DNA of 64,000 nucleotides, from assembly GCA_963771465.1 (NCBI GenBank), contig CAVYTU010000015.1:480001-544000 (forward strand), in the 5' to 3' direction. The position numbers were made by a program, and so were the translations under genes. Source of the DNA: an uncultured delta proteobacterium. Lineage in GTDB: Bacteria > Desulfobacterota > Binatia > UBA9968. Under the pieces are notes generated by a model. That model was not told the origin of the DNA. It saw only the letters and a list, made by a program, of their open reading frames with translations, and did no database searches. Positions 1 to 10,261 of this stretch are shown here, one piece after another (position 1 is the stretch's first letter; every line of letters starts with the position of its first letter).

Positions 1-256
1 ACGTTGACCGGCGACCGCTTCTTCCCAGCCCGACTTGAGCGTCGTCAAAAGCGTTAACGCCGTAGCCAGCGATAAGCGCATTAACGTCGAGTCCAGAAAT
101 CAGTCCGCCGATTTGTACGTTGGCAATATTGCGTTCTCTGAAATGTAAATCGGAAGAATCGCGACAGTCTTTAGCGCAAAACAACCCTGCGGTTCAGCAA
201 AAGCGAGGAGCCACCGAGTTGTGAGTAGTTTCTTCATGAGACGTTTTTCAATTTAA

Positions 257-397
257 TTGAAAAATTCTCTGGCAGCCACGGCTAGAGCCGTGTCTGGAGA
301 TCGGGAGAAATGCTTGGCTAGCGGCTGTAACGGCTACCTTGCCAAGCCTTTTACACACAGGGAGTTGGATGCCGCAATCAGGAAGTTGGTAACGTAA
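257..397 (+). pseudogene. C-terminal fragment of a single-domain response regulator (DivK/CheY-like)
   Basis: Manual translation gives LAATARAVSGDREKCLASGCNGYLAKPFTHRELDAAIRKLVT*, matching the beta4-alpha4-beta5 (KPF) end of REC domains. An in-frame TAA lies just upstream and the N-terminal half is absent. Confidence 0.7.
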
Positions 398-527
398 TCC
401 CGCTTACGGTTTTCCCAATCTATGATTTAAAACGGTAAAGGGGGAATAGAGGTGTTTACTGTTATTATAGCGCCTGTTGCCAGCCGACTTTGTCGGTAGG
501 CTTCAACGTCAATGGCTCCCCATGCTG

Positions 528-1349
528 CTACTCAACAGCGAAAGCGACCTTTTTATCCCGACAGCGTTTTATCTGGACACACCGTTGTTCGACGTTGACA
601 CCGAGCGCTGCGCGCAGCTGTGTCACCACCTGACCGAAAATTTGGCAAATGCGTCCTTCGCTGAGGTTCAAGATCTCGCCGATTTCGCGCAAGGTGTGTT
701 CTTCATGATAGTAAAGCGTCATGATTAAGCGTTGCCGTTCGGGCAGGTTTTCAATGGCCGCGCTTAACTTGACGATGAGGTCATTGCCTTCAACGGAGTT
801 GAATGGATCAGAAAAGCAATTGTGGTCGAAGTTTTCCTGGGCGCATTCCCAATCCGCCGCCGAATCGATCGACCAATCTTCGAGGCTCAGAAGCGTCGCG
901 TCGTTTACCTGTTGGTCGAGTCGAAAATAGGTTTTCAGCGGGATCACAAGTTCTTTGGCCATCTCGTCGGCGTTAGGTTCTCGGATAAGTTTTGCGACGA
1001 GCCTGGTCCGGGCGGCTTCCATCTTGCGTCCCCAAGACCGCACCGAACGGCTCACCCAATCGAGCGAACGCAGGCACTGTATCACTTCGCCATGGATACG
1101 ATAACGGGCGTAGACTTCGAACTCTACGCAGCGCTTGGGATCGAAGCGCTCGAACGCTTCCAAAAGGCCGACCACGCCGGAATGAATCAGCGACTCCAGG
1201 TCGACACCTGGCGGCAGCCGGCGGTAGATTTTTATCGCGATGAAACGAACCAACGGAAGATATTTTTCGATCAGCTCTTCTTTCGCCGTCGCGTCGACCT
1301 GACTAGAACGCTGCGGCTCTTCGGATTGCTGTTTTTGCGTAACCGTCAT
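528..1349 (-). CDS. fliA: RNA polymerase sigma factor, FliA/WhiG (sigma28) family
   Basis: Region 2 (LIHSGVVGLLEAFERFDP...YARYRIHG...LRSLDWVSRSVR) and region 4 (TLREIGEILNLSEGRICQI); directly downstream of flhG with a 4-bp overlap. Confidence 0.92.
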   Translation of the reverse strand: MTVTQKQQSEEPQRSSQVDATAKEELIEKYLPLVRFIAIKIYRRLPPGVDLESLIHSGVVGLLEAFERFDPKRCVEFEVYARYRIHGEVIQCLRSLDWVSRSVRSWGRKMEAARTRLVAKLIREPNADEMAKELVIPLKTYFRLDQQVNDATLLSLEDWSIDSAADWECAQENFDHNCFSDPFNSVEGNDLIVKLSAAIENLPERQRLIMTLYYHEEHTLREIGEILNLSEGRICQIFGQVVTQLRAALGVNVEQRCVQIKRCRDKKVAFAVE

Positions 1350-2267
1350 CGTTCTTCCTTCCCTGCCTCCAACATACGGCGAAAGAAAAATTGCAGATTG
1401 CCTTTGACTTTGACCCGCTCAACGGTTCTCTGAAGAAGTTTTTCCGCCAGGCGGGCAAAGGCTCTCGCTGACGGCGTCGACGCATCATTGCCGACCACGG
1501 TTTGCGCCCGCGCCACCGCCAACAGGAGTTTCGGGTCCCGGGGAATCCAATCAAGAAAGTCCAGCGAGACATTTAACAAGCGCAATGCCGTGCGAGACAG
1601 AGTGTTGAAAAGATGACGTGCATCCTCCTCATCGGAGACATTATTGGCAAGCACCCAAAAACGCTGCTTGCGATACTGTGACAACAATACTTTTACCAAT
1701 GCGTAGGCGGCGGTCATCGATGCCGGCTCTGGTGTCACCACCAAAATAATCTCCTGCGCCGCGCTAATGAAATAGGTGACCGCATCCGAAATACCGCTGC
1801 CGGTATCGACCAACACCAGATCCATCTCATGGGTGAGCAGATCGAGCTCAGTCAACAACGCGACCTTTTGCTCGGCGCTCAGAGTTGTGATTGCTTGGAC
1901 GCCGCTGGCGCCGGGCATGACCAAAAATGCCGTCTTGGTTAGTTAGGATAATTTCATCGAGCGCGGCCTTGCCGGCAAAAAAATCAGCCAGGGTAAACGT
2001 CGGCTTAACGCCGAGAAGCAAATCCAAATTGGCCAAGCCGAGATCGGCATCGATCACCAGCACTCGCTTGTTCAGATGGCTGAGCGCGACGGCGAGATTG
2101 GCCACTACATTGGTCTTGCCGACGCCGCCCTTGCCACTCGTAACGGAGAACACCGGCGCGACCCGGTGCGGCTTGATGTCGGCGCGGGAAGCGCGCCGCG
2201 CCGGCACAGCGATTGGCGCCAGTGAGCTGAGCCGTGGCTGGATTTCGAAATGGGTGGACTCACTCAT
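1346..2267 (-). CDS. flhG: FlhG/FleN (MinD-like) ATPase, split by one frameshift near 1925
   Basis: ORF 1848..2267 has deviant Walker A SGKGGVGKT and DADLGLAN. ORF 1346..1924 continues with PGASG, VDTGSG, VVTPEPAS. The break is at an A5 run. Confidence 0.88.
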
Positions 2268-2400
2268 GCTGATCTCCCGTTACCAGTAAGCTAGCGAAAC
2301 CACGGGCTGTGCGGCCGCCAAATCCTCAACTGGTCATTGCCCGAATGTGCTGCGAGAAAGCGGCACGGTGACACCGATGGATAAAACTCCGCGATGTTGT
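2259..2400 (-). pseudogene. Degenerate remnant of the FlhF (SRP-family GTPase) C-terminus
   Basis: Manual translation gives GVLSIGVTVPLSRSTFGQ*PVEDLAAAQP, then a frameshift, then ASLLVTGDQHE*. This resembles the FlhF end motif PLSY.T.GQ.VPEDL. It overlaps the flhG start, where flhF normally sits. Confidence 0.5.
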
Positions 2401-2442
2401 TGATAATCATTTTCATGACTCCGATTCGCTCGCTCTTCCTAG

Positions 2443-2458
2443 AGCAACGCAGATGCCA
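2443..2458 (-). promoter_or_regulatory. sigma54 (-24/-12) promoter for flhG-fliA
   Basis: Minus strand TGGCAT-CTGCG-TTGCT (GG-N10-GC). Confidence 0.8.
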
Positions 2459-2738
2459 TCGGCTAGCACTTGAAAATTATTGAAGATTTCGAAGTTGAGC
2501 GGGGAATTTACCAATGGGCAGCGTCAATAAATCCAACCATGGCGTCAGTAAATTGGCGCTGCGAAGGGTTAACAACGGCTCGCCGCCAGGCAATCGGATA
2601 ACCGCGGCACTGTGTGATTTAATGGAGGCTAGTAGAGAAACTTTTCGACAGTTTGGACTCTTTACAACAATCTTGGGAACATGGCGCAACACTTCGAAGT
2701 CATCGAGCTTGAGAAGCATCAAGTCGAGGGAGGCTAAC

Positions 2739-2754
2739 CGCAAAGCGAGTGCCA
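2739..2754 (-). promoter_or_regulatory. sigma54 (-24/-12) promoter with no clear intact ORF immediately downstream
   Basis: Minus strand TGGCAC-TCGCT-TTGCG. Confidence 0.6.
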
Positions 2755-2945
2755 CCAAACCCTTGAAAGGATCGTGGCAAGAGACTCTGCTAGCACAAAA
2801 GGATCGCAGCTTGAAAGTAAAAGCGGTGATGAGAGTTTAGCGCAGGCCCAATTGTTGTGCGGAGAACTTAGAACGTTCGCAAAGCGTCAAAGTCGTCTTT
2901 GATGCTGGCGTCGCCGCTGGCTTCGCGGCAGGCCGCCGCTCGCCC

Positions 2946-4956
2946 CTAGGCCTTGGCCAATTCTTCTACCTTAATTGGCTTGCTCAAGTAGTCGTCCATG
3001 CCGACGCCGAGATAACGTTCACGGTCGCCTCGTAGCGCGTTGGCCGTCAACGCGATGATCCACGGACGTTGCTCGCCGAATTGATCTCTGATTTTGGCAG
3101 TCGCTTGCACCCCGTCCATCTCCGGCATCTGCACATCCATCAGCACCACATCATAACTTTGCCGCCCCACTGCATCCACCGCTTCTTTGCCGTTCGACGC
3201 GACATCGGCCCGATATCCCATCCGATCGAGAATCTTGAGCGCCACTTTCTGATTGACCACGTTGTCTTCGGCCAGCAAGATACGCAAAGGATGATTCGCC
3301 CCAATACTTTGATCGACCACCGTCTTCACCTTCACCGCTTCACTCGACCGAGCGCCAAAAACCGATAGGGCGTCCAATAGCTGCGCCTCCTTCACCGGCT
3401 TGGTTAGCACCGCGTCGAATAGATCGACCATGATCTCGCGCCGTCCCATCGAACTCAGCATGATCAGCGGCAGCGATCGGCAATCTTGCAGAGTGCGTAT
3501 CTTGGTTGCCAACTCCACACCATCCATCGCGGGCATCTGCATGTCGAGTATCGCTACGTCGAACTTGTCGTTACTCGCCAAAATCGCTAACGCTTCCACG
3601 CCCGACGCCACTGCAACCGCGCTCATCCCTTGGGATTCCAGTTGGTGCTTGAGAATCCTTCGGTTCACCGCTAGATCATCGACCACCAAGGTGCGTTTGC
3701 CTTGAGTTCCGAGCGATCGGTGATGGGTCGCAGCGCGCGTTCTTCCTTACTGACGATGGTAAAAGAGAACGTCGATCCCTTTCCCTCTTCGCTCTGGACC
3801 CAAATCCTGCCGCCCATCAACTCGACTAACTGCTTGGAGATCGCCAAGCCAAGACCCGTGCCGCCGTACACGCGCGTGGTCGAGGAGTCGACTTGGCTGA
3901 ATGATTTAAACAGCCGGTCCATGCGCTCCGCGGAGGATGCCGATGCCGGTGTCCTTGACCGAGAAAGTGATTTCAAGATTGCCGTTGCTCTGCTCGGCAC
4001 CGCGTTTCACTTCGATCAGCACCATCCCTTCAGGCGTAAATTTCACCGCGTTGTTGGTCAGGTTGACCAACACCTGGCGCACCCGGGCGAGATCGCCCAG
4101 CACGCCCCACGGCACAGTCGGATCGATCGCGTAAACCAGCTCGATATTTTTCTCCGTCGCCCGCGGCAACACCAGATCGGCGGTCTCTTCGATGCATTGA
4201 CGGATATCGAACGCTGCGCGCTCGACCACCAATTCCCCGCTTCGATCTTGGAAAAATCCAAAATGTCGTTGATCAGATCCAACAGAGCGTTGCCACCGTT
4301 GCGGATGGTATCGACGAATTCGCATTGTTCGCTATTCAAATCTGTATCGAGCAGCAAACCCGTCGTGCCGATCACAGCATTCATCGGCGTGCGAATCTCA
4401 TGGCTCATGTTCGCCAAAAAATCGCTCTTGGCTCGGGTCGCCGCCTCCGCGACATCTTTCGCTTGCGCCAATTGTTTGGTCTGCTCCAGACTTTGCTCGT
4501 AGAGCTGCGCGTGGTGGATCGCGACCGCCAACTGGCCAGCGAGAACATGCACAAACTCCAGCTCTTCCTGAGTGACTTTGCCTTCCTGGGTTGTCGCCAG
4601 TGACAAGACTCCGATCACCGAATCTCTGTTTGACAGCGGCACACCGACGTACCATGACAAATTGTGGCGGCGGTAGTATTCAGGAATGGCACAGCTGGGT
4701 CATTTGCCGCATCCGTGATCAAAACGGCTTGCTTACTATCGACGACCGACTGGGCGAAGCTGGCCTTTTTTTCGCCCACGAATAACGGGCCGTGGTCCTC
4801 ACCAAACAGATCATGCGAAGCTTCGAGTTCAAGTTCGCCGGTGTTTTGATTGACCAACCGGATCGTCGACAGCGCCGAGAACGACAGGTAGGATTCAATT
4901 CTTTTTAATACCAGGTCGAGAATTTCATCCAACCTTAAGCTTAGTTTCATCGCCAA
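2946..4956 (-). CDS. Hybrid sensor histidine kinase (GAF-HisKA-HATPase-REC-REC), split by several frameshifts
   Basis: ORF pieces give a GAF domain (4615..4956, 4058..4660), H-box [15 protein letters not shown]-box [15 protein letters not shown] boxes DTGIG and GGTGLGL, and two REC domains (2946..3689). Confidence 0.88.
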
Positions 4957-5049
4957 TCTTTTGCTCGATGTGATCGCCGCCGCAGGGAAGTTTTTTGACC
5001 GTTGTTGATGCGCATGAGCCTAAGGCTTGAGCTAACCCATGCGCCGGAC

Positions 5050-6018
5050 CTAGGCTTTTCGGAGCTCCACCGCGCCGGGTGCGGGGACAAGCCACTCGAC
5101 ACGGTTTCGCCCCAGTTCCTTGGCGTGGTACAGCGCCCTATCCGCCGCGACAATAAGCGCTTCAGAATCTCGCACCTCGCCCATTGTCGTCGCGCTCACG
5201 CCGAAACTAGCGCTAACTTCGATCGGCCCGCTCGAAGATTGAACCGGCGTGGAGCAAAGGTTGCTCCGCACGCGCTCGGCGAGTTTGAACGTCTCGGCCA
5301 AATCACAGTTGGCCGCGACAATCAGAAATTCCTCGCCGCCGTAACGGCCCACTCTGTCATAGGGGCGGATGGACTCGGTCAGCCGCTTGGCCACCTCCTG
5401 TAAGACTTCATCGCCGCGCGCGTGGCCCAAGGTATCGTTAATCCGTTTGAAATGATCGATGTCCAGCAAGATCACGCCAACTGGACTGCGCTCGCGCTCG
5501 GTACGCGCCAATTCCTCCTGGAGACGCGCGAGCACGATTCTACGGTTCCACAAACCGGTCAGCGAATCGCGATCGGCCAAGATCTGCAGCTGCGCTTGGG
5601 CCGCCAACAGTTCACGTTGCAAGTCCAGAATGCGCCGCCCCGCCCGCAGCCGCGCGTTAAGTTCGGCGGGTTTGAACGGCTTGGTCATGTAATCGTCGGC
5701 GCCCGCTTCTATTCCTTTCACCAAGTGGTCGAGTGTGTCCATGCCCGTAAGCAAGATCACGTAGACGTAGACCGCATCCTTGCGCGCGCGCAGCTTGTGG
5801 CAGATATCGACTCCCGTCATGCCCGGCATCATCCAGTCAAGTATCGCAATCTCGGGGGCGTTGGGTTGCTCCAATACCGACCAGGCCTGGTCGCCGTCCT
5901 CCGCGACCTCGACCCGATAGTCGAGCCGGGTCAGGCCCGACAGCAGCAGCGTGCGCATTATCGAGTCATCGTCGGCAATAAGTATTTTCATGTTCGGCTG
6001 ATTTGTCGGAACAATCAC
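5050..6018 (-). CDS. Response regulator diguanylate cyclase (REC-GGDEF, PleD/WspR-like)
   Basis: N-terminal REC (ILIADDD...ILDWMMPG...KPF), DSLTGLWNRR, I-site RPYD and active site GGEEF. Confidence 0.93.
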   Translation of the reverse strand: MIVPTNQPNMKILIADDDSIMRTLLLSGLTRLDYRVEVAEDGDQAWSVLEQPNAPEIAILDWMMPGMTGVDICHKLRARKDAVYVYVILLTGMDTLDHLVKGIEAGADDYMTKPFKPAELNARLRAGRRILDLQRELLAAQAQLQILADRDSLTGLWNRRIVLARLQEELARTERERSPVGVILLDIDHFKRINDTLGHARGDEVLQEVAKRLTESIRPYDRVGRYGGEEFLIVAANCDLAETFKLAERVRSNLCSTPVQSSSGPIEVSASFGVSATTMGEVRDSEALIVAADRALYHAKELGRNRVEWLVPAPGAVELRKA

Positions 6019-6060
6019 TTCAAAGGCTTCCAGCGCTACACGCTGGGAACCGCAGTCACA

Positions 6061-6400
6061 TTATCGCTCGTGGGCGATGAATTGGTTGGTCGCCGCGATG
6101 ACGCGCACGTCGACTTCGACGCCGTGATCGCTGCCCACCGGTTCGAATTGGCGCTCCTGCAGCACACGCAGCAATTTCACTTGCAGTTTGGGACTCAATT
6201 CGCCGATCTCATCGAGAAACAGCGTGCCGCGGTGGGCGAGCTGAAAGCGCCCTGGCGGGCATTGACCGGTAAACGCGCCGCGCACGTGGCCGAATAGTTC
6301 GCTCTCCAATAACTCTTCGGGAATCGCGCCGCAGTTGACCGGTACAAAAGATTGATCGCGGCGCAGACTCAGGTCGTGAATCGAGTCAACCATGATAGTA
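6061..6400 (-). pseudogene. Internal fragment of a sigma54-dependent activator AAA+ domain (FleQ/FlrA-like)
   Basis: [27 protein letters not shown]...[26 protein letters not shown]...[10 protein letters not shown]. Walker A, the C-terminal half and the HTH are missing, and GAFTGA is disrupted. Confidence 0.8.
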
Positions 6401-6547
6401 ACCGAGCAGGCAGCCGTAGCCAAAAGTTAGCAGCCGTTCAACCCATATTGTGTAGCTGAAATTCAATCAGCGCGTGAGCCCAGATCCTGCCGTAGTGAAG
6501 CCAATGAGCCGCTGTCGCTGATTGAAATTAGAACTGCGGAATCCTAC

Positions 6548-7078
6548 TTAAAATTTGGCGTGATCGTGCAGTAACTTGAGTCGCGATTCTATCGTGTCGC
6601 TCAAACTAGCCGCCAGCACGTAATCGGGCATCGGCTCGGGCAATGCACCGAGGCTCGCTAGCCGTCGGTTCAGGGTGGTCAGAAGTTCGTGGCGCTTTTG
6701 ATATTCGTCCATGCGATCGACACAGGTCAGGATGCACCGATCAATTTTCGTTAGACATTCGTTCAGCGCCGCTTGATCGTGCACCGACTGCTCACGTAGT
6801 CGCGCCACTTGCAAGTCGACGACTTGACGCGCGATGGGCTGCACGCGTTGCTCGATCTGGGTTTGCATATCGCGGAGCGCCCGTTGCAAGCGGCCGTAAA
6901 CTTGATCATCTCCGGAAGGTTGCGGCGCGGCTTCGGTTACCGGCGCGGCCGGATCCGGGGTGGACGATTCGCTCCGGCTTAGCGACCCGAGAACGGAATG
7001 AATGCTAGAAATTTTTTCCAGCACCTTGCTTCGGTCGTCTAAGAGGCTTTGCAGTTGCTTGATCGGATCGAGATCCAT
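6548..7078 (-). CDS. Hypothetical coiled-coil protein
   Basis: 176-aa ORF rich in L/Q/E/R heptads, 27 bp downstream of the HTH gene. Confidence 0.6.
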   Translation of the reverse strand: MDLDPIKQLQSLLDDRSKVLEKISSIHSVLGSLSRSESSTPDPAAPVTEAAPQPSGDDQVYGRLQRALRDMQTQIEQRVQPIARQVVDLQVARLREQSVHDQAALNECLTKIDRCILTCVDRMDEYQKRHELLTTLNRRLASLGALPEPMPDYVLAASLSDTIESRLKLLHDHAKF

Positions 7079-7105
7079 CAGTCAACCAGACGGCAACTCG
7101 AACAA

Positions 7106-7327
7106 CTATTTGCCGCCGTTGGCCACGGCGCGCATTTCGCTCTCGCCATTGTCCGCCATGCCCATGGTGCGGCTCGATACCAGCTCCAAAACATCGTTGC
7201 GGCTAAAACGCCAGCTACGGCCGATGCGGCTACCCGGAATGACGCCTTTTTCAGCAAGCTTGTAAACTGTTTTTAGATGAATCTTCAGAAGCGTTGCGAC
7301 TTCTGAGGGTGTCATGATTTCTTCCAT
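7106..7327 (-). CDS. Excisionase-like / HTH_17 helix-turn-helix DNA-binding protein
   Basis: MTPSEVATLLKIHLKTVYKLAEKGVIPGSRIGRSWRF is a typical HTH_17 pattern; AGGAG RBS upstream. Confidence 0.85.
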   Translation of the reverse strand: MEEIMTPSEVATLLKIHLKTVYKLAEKGVIPGSRIGRSWRFSRNDVLELVSSRTMGMADNGESEMRAVANGGK

Positions 7328-7387
7328 CCGATGTTCTCCTTTTGCTAACTATATTGGCCCGAGGCTACTCATTGCTGGTGGAGAAAC

Positions 7388-7403
7388 AGCAGGTCTCGTG
7401 CCA
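7388..7403 (-). promoter_or_regulatory. sigma54 (-24/-12) promoter for the HTH_17 gene
   Basis: Minus strand TGGCAC-GAGAC-CTGCT. Confidence 0.75.
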
Positions 7404-7688
7404 AGCCCGATTGACCAACTAATTAAGCCAGTTAAGTCTTTAAATTTCCAAAGATTTCCCACTTGAGGCGGAGAAATGTGGGTAACGCCACAGAAGCGCG
7501 ATGACACACCGCTTCTGGACAATATTGGCCAACTAATGCGGTTTACGGCCAACTTCGTGGCCAATTAAGTCAGGTTCTTGCACGGATCGTGGGGACTCAA
7601 CTGTACGTACTGAGGCACCTTGAAAGAATCTAGTACCATTGCGCCACCATTGGCAGTCTCAAGTTGAGCCAAACTATCATCGCAGGCG

Positions 7689-9182
7689 CTACTCGCCGCG
7701 CGCGCGCAATACCGCATGACGCGCTTGGACCTGTTCGAGCTGGCGATGCCACTTCGACGCATACTCTTTGCGCGTCTCATCGGTGATGGCGCTGGTGGCG
7801 GGAAACTTATCGCGCCACTCCCACGGCCGGACCGCTTCGATGATCATGCGCGAGTTGAAACCCTTCTGGCCGGGCTGAATGATTGGGTCCAAAGGTCCGC
7901 TCCAGCAGCGCCGCAAGAGGTCTACTGACGTCGCAGGATCGCTACGAGTGCAGATTGCCCAGAGCACTTCGTTGGTATCGGTGATGTCGATGTCATCATC
8001 GACGACGACGACGTAACGGCCCAGATAAGCGCCGGCGTGGCATTGACAGGCGACCAACGCAGCCTGCTTGGCATGGCCTGGGTAACGTTGCTTGATGGCC
8101 ACTACGATCATGAAACGCTGCGCCGGCGGCGGCAGGTAAACGCCTTTGATATCCGGTACGCCGGCTTGTTCCATGCCGTTCCAAACCGTCGCGGCGCGCA
8201 AGCAGGATCGATACATGCCGTGAATCGTCGGCTTGAACGGCGCCGCGCCGGTAATGATCGGATCGTTGCGGTAGTAAAGCGCTTTGACGCGCACAAACGG
8301 CTCAGCGCGCCGCGCGCTGGCGTAATATCCCGGCCACTCGCCAAATGGACCTTCCTGCATCGATTCGCCGGGGATAATTTCGCCTTCGATGACGATTTCG
8401 GAATTCGCTGGAAAGCGTAATCCCGTCACCGGCCCTTCGATGACGTCGATCGGCTGGCCGATCAAGCCACCCGCCCAATCATATTCGTTGACGCCGAATG
8501 GCACGGCCTGGGAAGCGGCGATGTAGAGCAGCGGATGCTGACCGAATGCCATCGCGACAGGAAACGGCTTGCCGGCTTTCATCGCCTTATCATAGTGAAT
8601 CTTGCCGTGTTTGCCCGGCGAGATATACAGGCCGACTTTGTCCTTGTCTTGCAGCATCACCCGGTAGCAGCCGATATTTTCGACGCCGGTTTCCGGATCG
8701 CGGGTCACCACCAAGTGAGCCGTGCCGAGATAGCGGCCGCCGTCGCCGGCGTGCCAACGCGGCACGGGAAATTTCGTCAGATCGACCTGCTCGCCGTGCT
8801 CGACGTTCTCAAAGACCGGACCAGTGGAGACAACGTTCGCCGTGATCGGTTGCATCGTCCGCAGCTTGGCACGTAAGGCGTCGATCAGTGGAATGATTTT
8901 TAGATCGAGCGGCAAACTGAGCGTCAGCGCCGTGCGCTCCAACGTTTCCAGCATGTTCACCAGCACGCGCCGGTTCGGATCGAACCCGGGAACGTTGTCG
9001 AACACAATGGCGGGCGGCGTAGCAATTCTTTCAAGAATTATTTCCGTCAGCGCGCCAAGTTCCAGGTCCCAATGGGCGCCGGAAATCTGCTCTAATTGCT
9101 CCAGCCGCTTGACGTCTTTGAGCCAGTCGCGCAGATCAACGCTATTGGTCGCTTTCATCTGAGTTGCCGCCGCAGTAGCCAT
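7689..9182 (-). CDS. UbiD-family (prFMN-dependent) decarboxylase
   Basis: DLRDWL start, FPVPRWHAGDGGRYLGT, NIGCYRVM, EGPFGEWPGYY, VVVDDDIDITD...WA...R motifs. Confidence 0.93.
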   Translation of the reverse strand: MATAAATQMKATNSVDLRDWLKDVKRLEQLEQISGAHWDLELGALTEIILERIATPPAIVFDNVPGFDPNRRVLVNMLETLERTALTLSLPLDLKIIPLIDALRAKLRTMQPITANVVSTGPVFENVEHGEQVDLTKFPVPRWHAGDGGRYLGTAHLVVTRDPETGVENIGCYRVMLQDKDKVGLYISPGKHGKIHYDKAMKAGKPFPVAMAFGQHPLLYIAASQAVPFGVNEYDWAGGLIGQPIDVIEGPVTGLRFPANSEIVIEGEIIPGESMQEGPFGEWPGYYASARRAEPFVRVKALYYRNDPIITGAAPFKPTIHGMYRSCLRAATVWNGMEQAGVPDIKGVYLPPPAQRFMIVVAIKQRYPGHAKQAALVACQCHAGAYLGRYVVVVDDDIDITDTNEVLWAICTRSDPATSVDLLRRCWSGPLDPIIQPGQKGFNSRMIIEAVRPWEWRDKFPATSAITDETRKEYASKWHRQLEQVQARHAVLRARGE

Positions 9183-9209
9183 GGGGACTCCTTCGTTCAG
9201 CTGTAAAAG

Positions 9210-10214
9210 TTATTCGGTTAAGCCGTGTGTGCTCGGATGAAAAATCTCTTTGGGCGTGATTTCTCGCCCGGAAATCCCTTGAGCATGACAGTAAGTGAAA
9301 AACTTATCGAGCACATGGCGGTTCGCCGCCAGACCATAGGCCCAAGGATCGCTTTGAAACAAACCCTGCTCTTCGGCGAGATAATGATTGGGCCAGGCTT
9401 CGACCAAACTCGGAATCGTCCGGCGCCAGCGCTGCGCCCAGCGCTTTGCATCACTGTAGAGTTGAAACAATTGCGCGGGCAGTTCGGGATGCTGATCGAC
9501 CAAATTTTTTTGCAGCGCCAGCACGTGCATGATCGGCAAGATTTTCGTATCGCGAAAATAGCGCGCTTCGACCTGATGAGAATTCTCGAACAGCTTCTTG
9601 ACCGAATCGTTGGCGAGCAAAATCGCCAGCTGGGATTCAGTCACGCCCAAGGCGTCGACTTGACCGTCGAACAGCGCATGGCAAGCACGCTCGGAAGTGT
9701 TCTTGCCGCTGTTTTCGATCATGCGGATCACTGAGCCATCGCGTGGCTGCACCGTGGCGCCCGGATCGTGATCGTCCCAATGGTGCATCGAGGCGACGTA
9801 CCACTGCGAATCTTGGACCGACACGCCATAGGAGTCGACCAGCATGCCGCGCATCCAGATCGCCGCGGTTTGCACCCAGCGCAGAAAGCCGATTTTTCGG
9901 CCGCTCAAATCGGACGGCGTCTTGATACCGGAATCTTTACGGCAAAAGATAAAACCATGGCGAAACATGCGCGAGGGAAAAACCGGGATAGCGATGAAGT
10001 CGGCTTTGCCCCGGGAAGTGTAATAGATCAACTCGCCGAGGGACATCTCTGAAACATCGTACTGTCCCTTGAACATACCGGCGAACATCCCCGGCACATC
10101 CTCGGTCTCGGTAATGTCGAATTCGAATCCGGCAATCGCCATCTGCCCGCGCAAGATCGGCAAAACCCCATCGTACGCTCGGTTGGCCAGGCGAATCTTT
10201 ATTGCTGAAGTCAT
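9210..10214 (-). CDS. 4,5-dihydroxyphthalate decarboxylase-like (PhtD/OphC, periplasmic-binding-protein fold) protein
   Basis: DVSEMSL, AIPVFPSRMFRH, QTAAIWMRG, PIMH and DPWAYGL..N motifs. Confidence 0.8.
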   Translation of the reverse strand: MTSAIKIRLANRAYDGVLPILRGQMAIAGFEFDITETEDVPGMFAGMFKGQYDVSEMSLGELIYYTSRGKADFIAIPVFPSRMFRHGFIFCRKDSGIKTPSDLSGRKIGFLRWVQTAAIWMRGMLVDSYGVSVQDSQWYVASMHHWDDHDPGATVQPRDGSVIRMIENSGKNTSERACHALFDGQVDALGVTESQLAILLANDSVKKLFENSHQVEARYFRDTKILPIMHVLALQKNLVDQHPELPAQLFQLYSDAKRWAQRWRRTIPSLVEAWPNHYLAEEQGLFQSDPWAYGLAANRHVLDKFFTYCHAQGISGREITPKEIFHPSTHGLTE

Positions 10215-10261
10215 GGTTGTATGCCCTGAGTCTCGTCGAAATGGAGGAGAACGCAATGTGT

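Noticed and set aside
1-238. Possible minus-strand gene starting MKKLLTTRW near 238
   Set aside because: The frame stops after ~45 codons with no recognisable motif, and the window edge prevents assessment.
2775-2790. + strand TGGCAAGAGACTCTGC as a sigma54 promoter
   Set aside because: Spacing is 11 and there is no + strand gene downstream.
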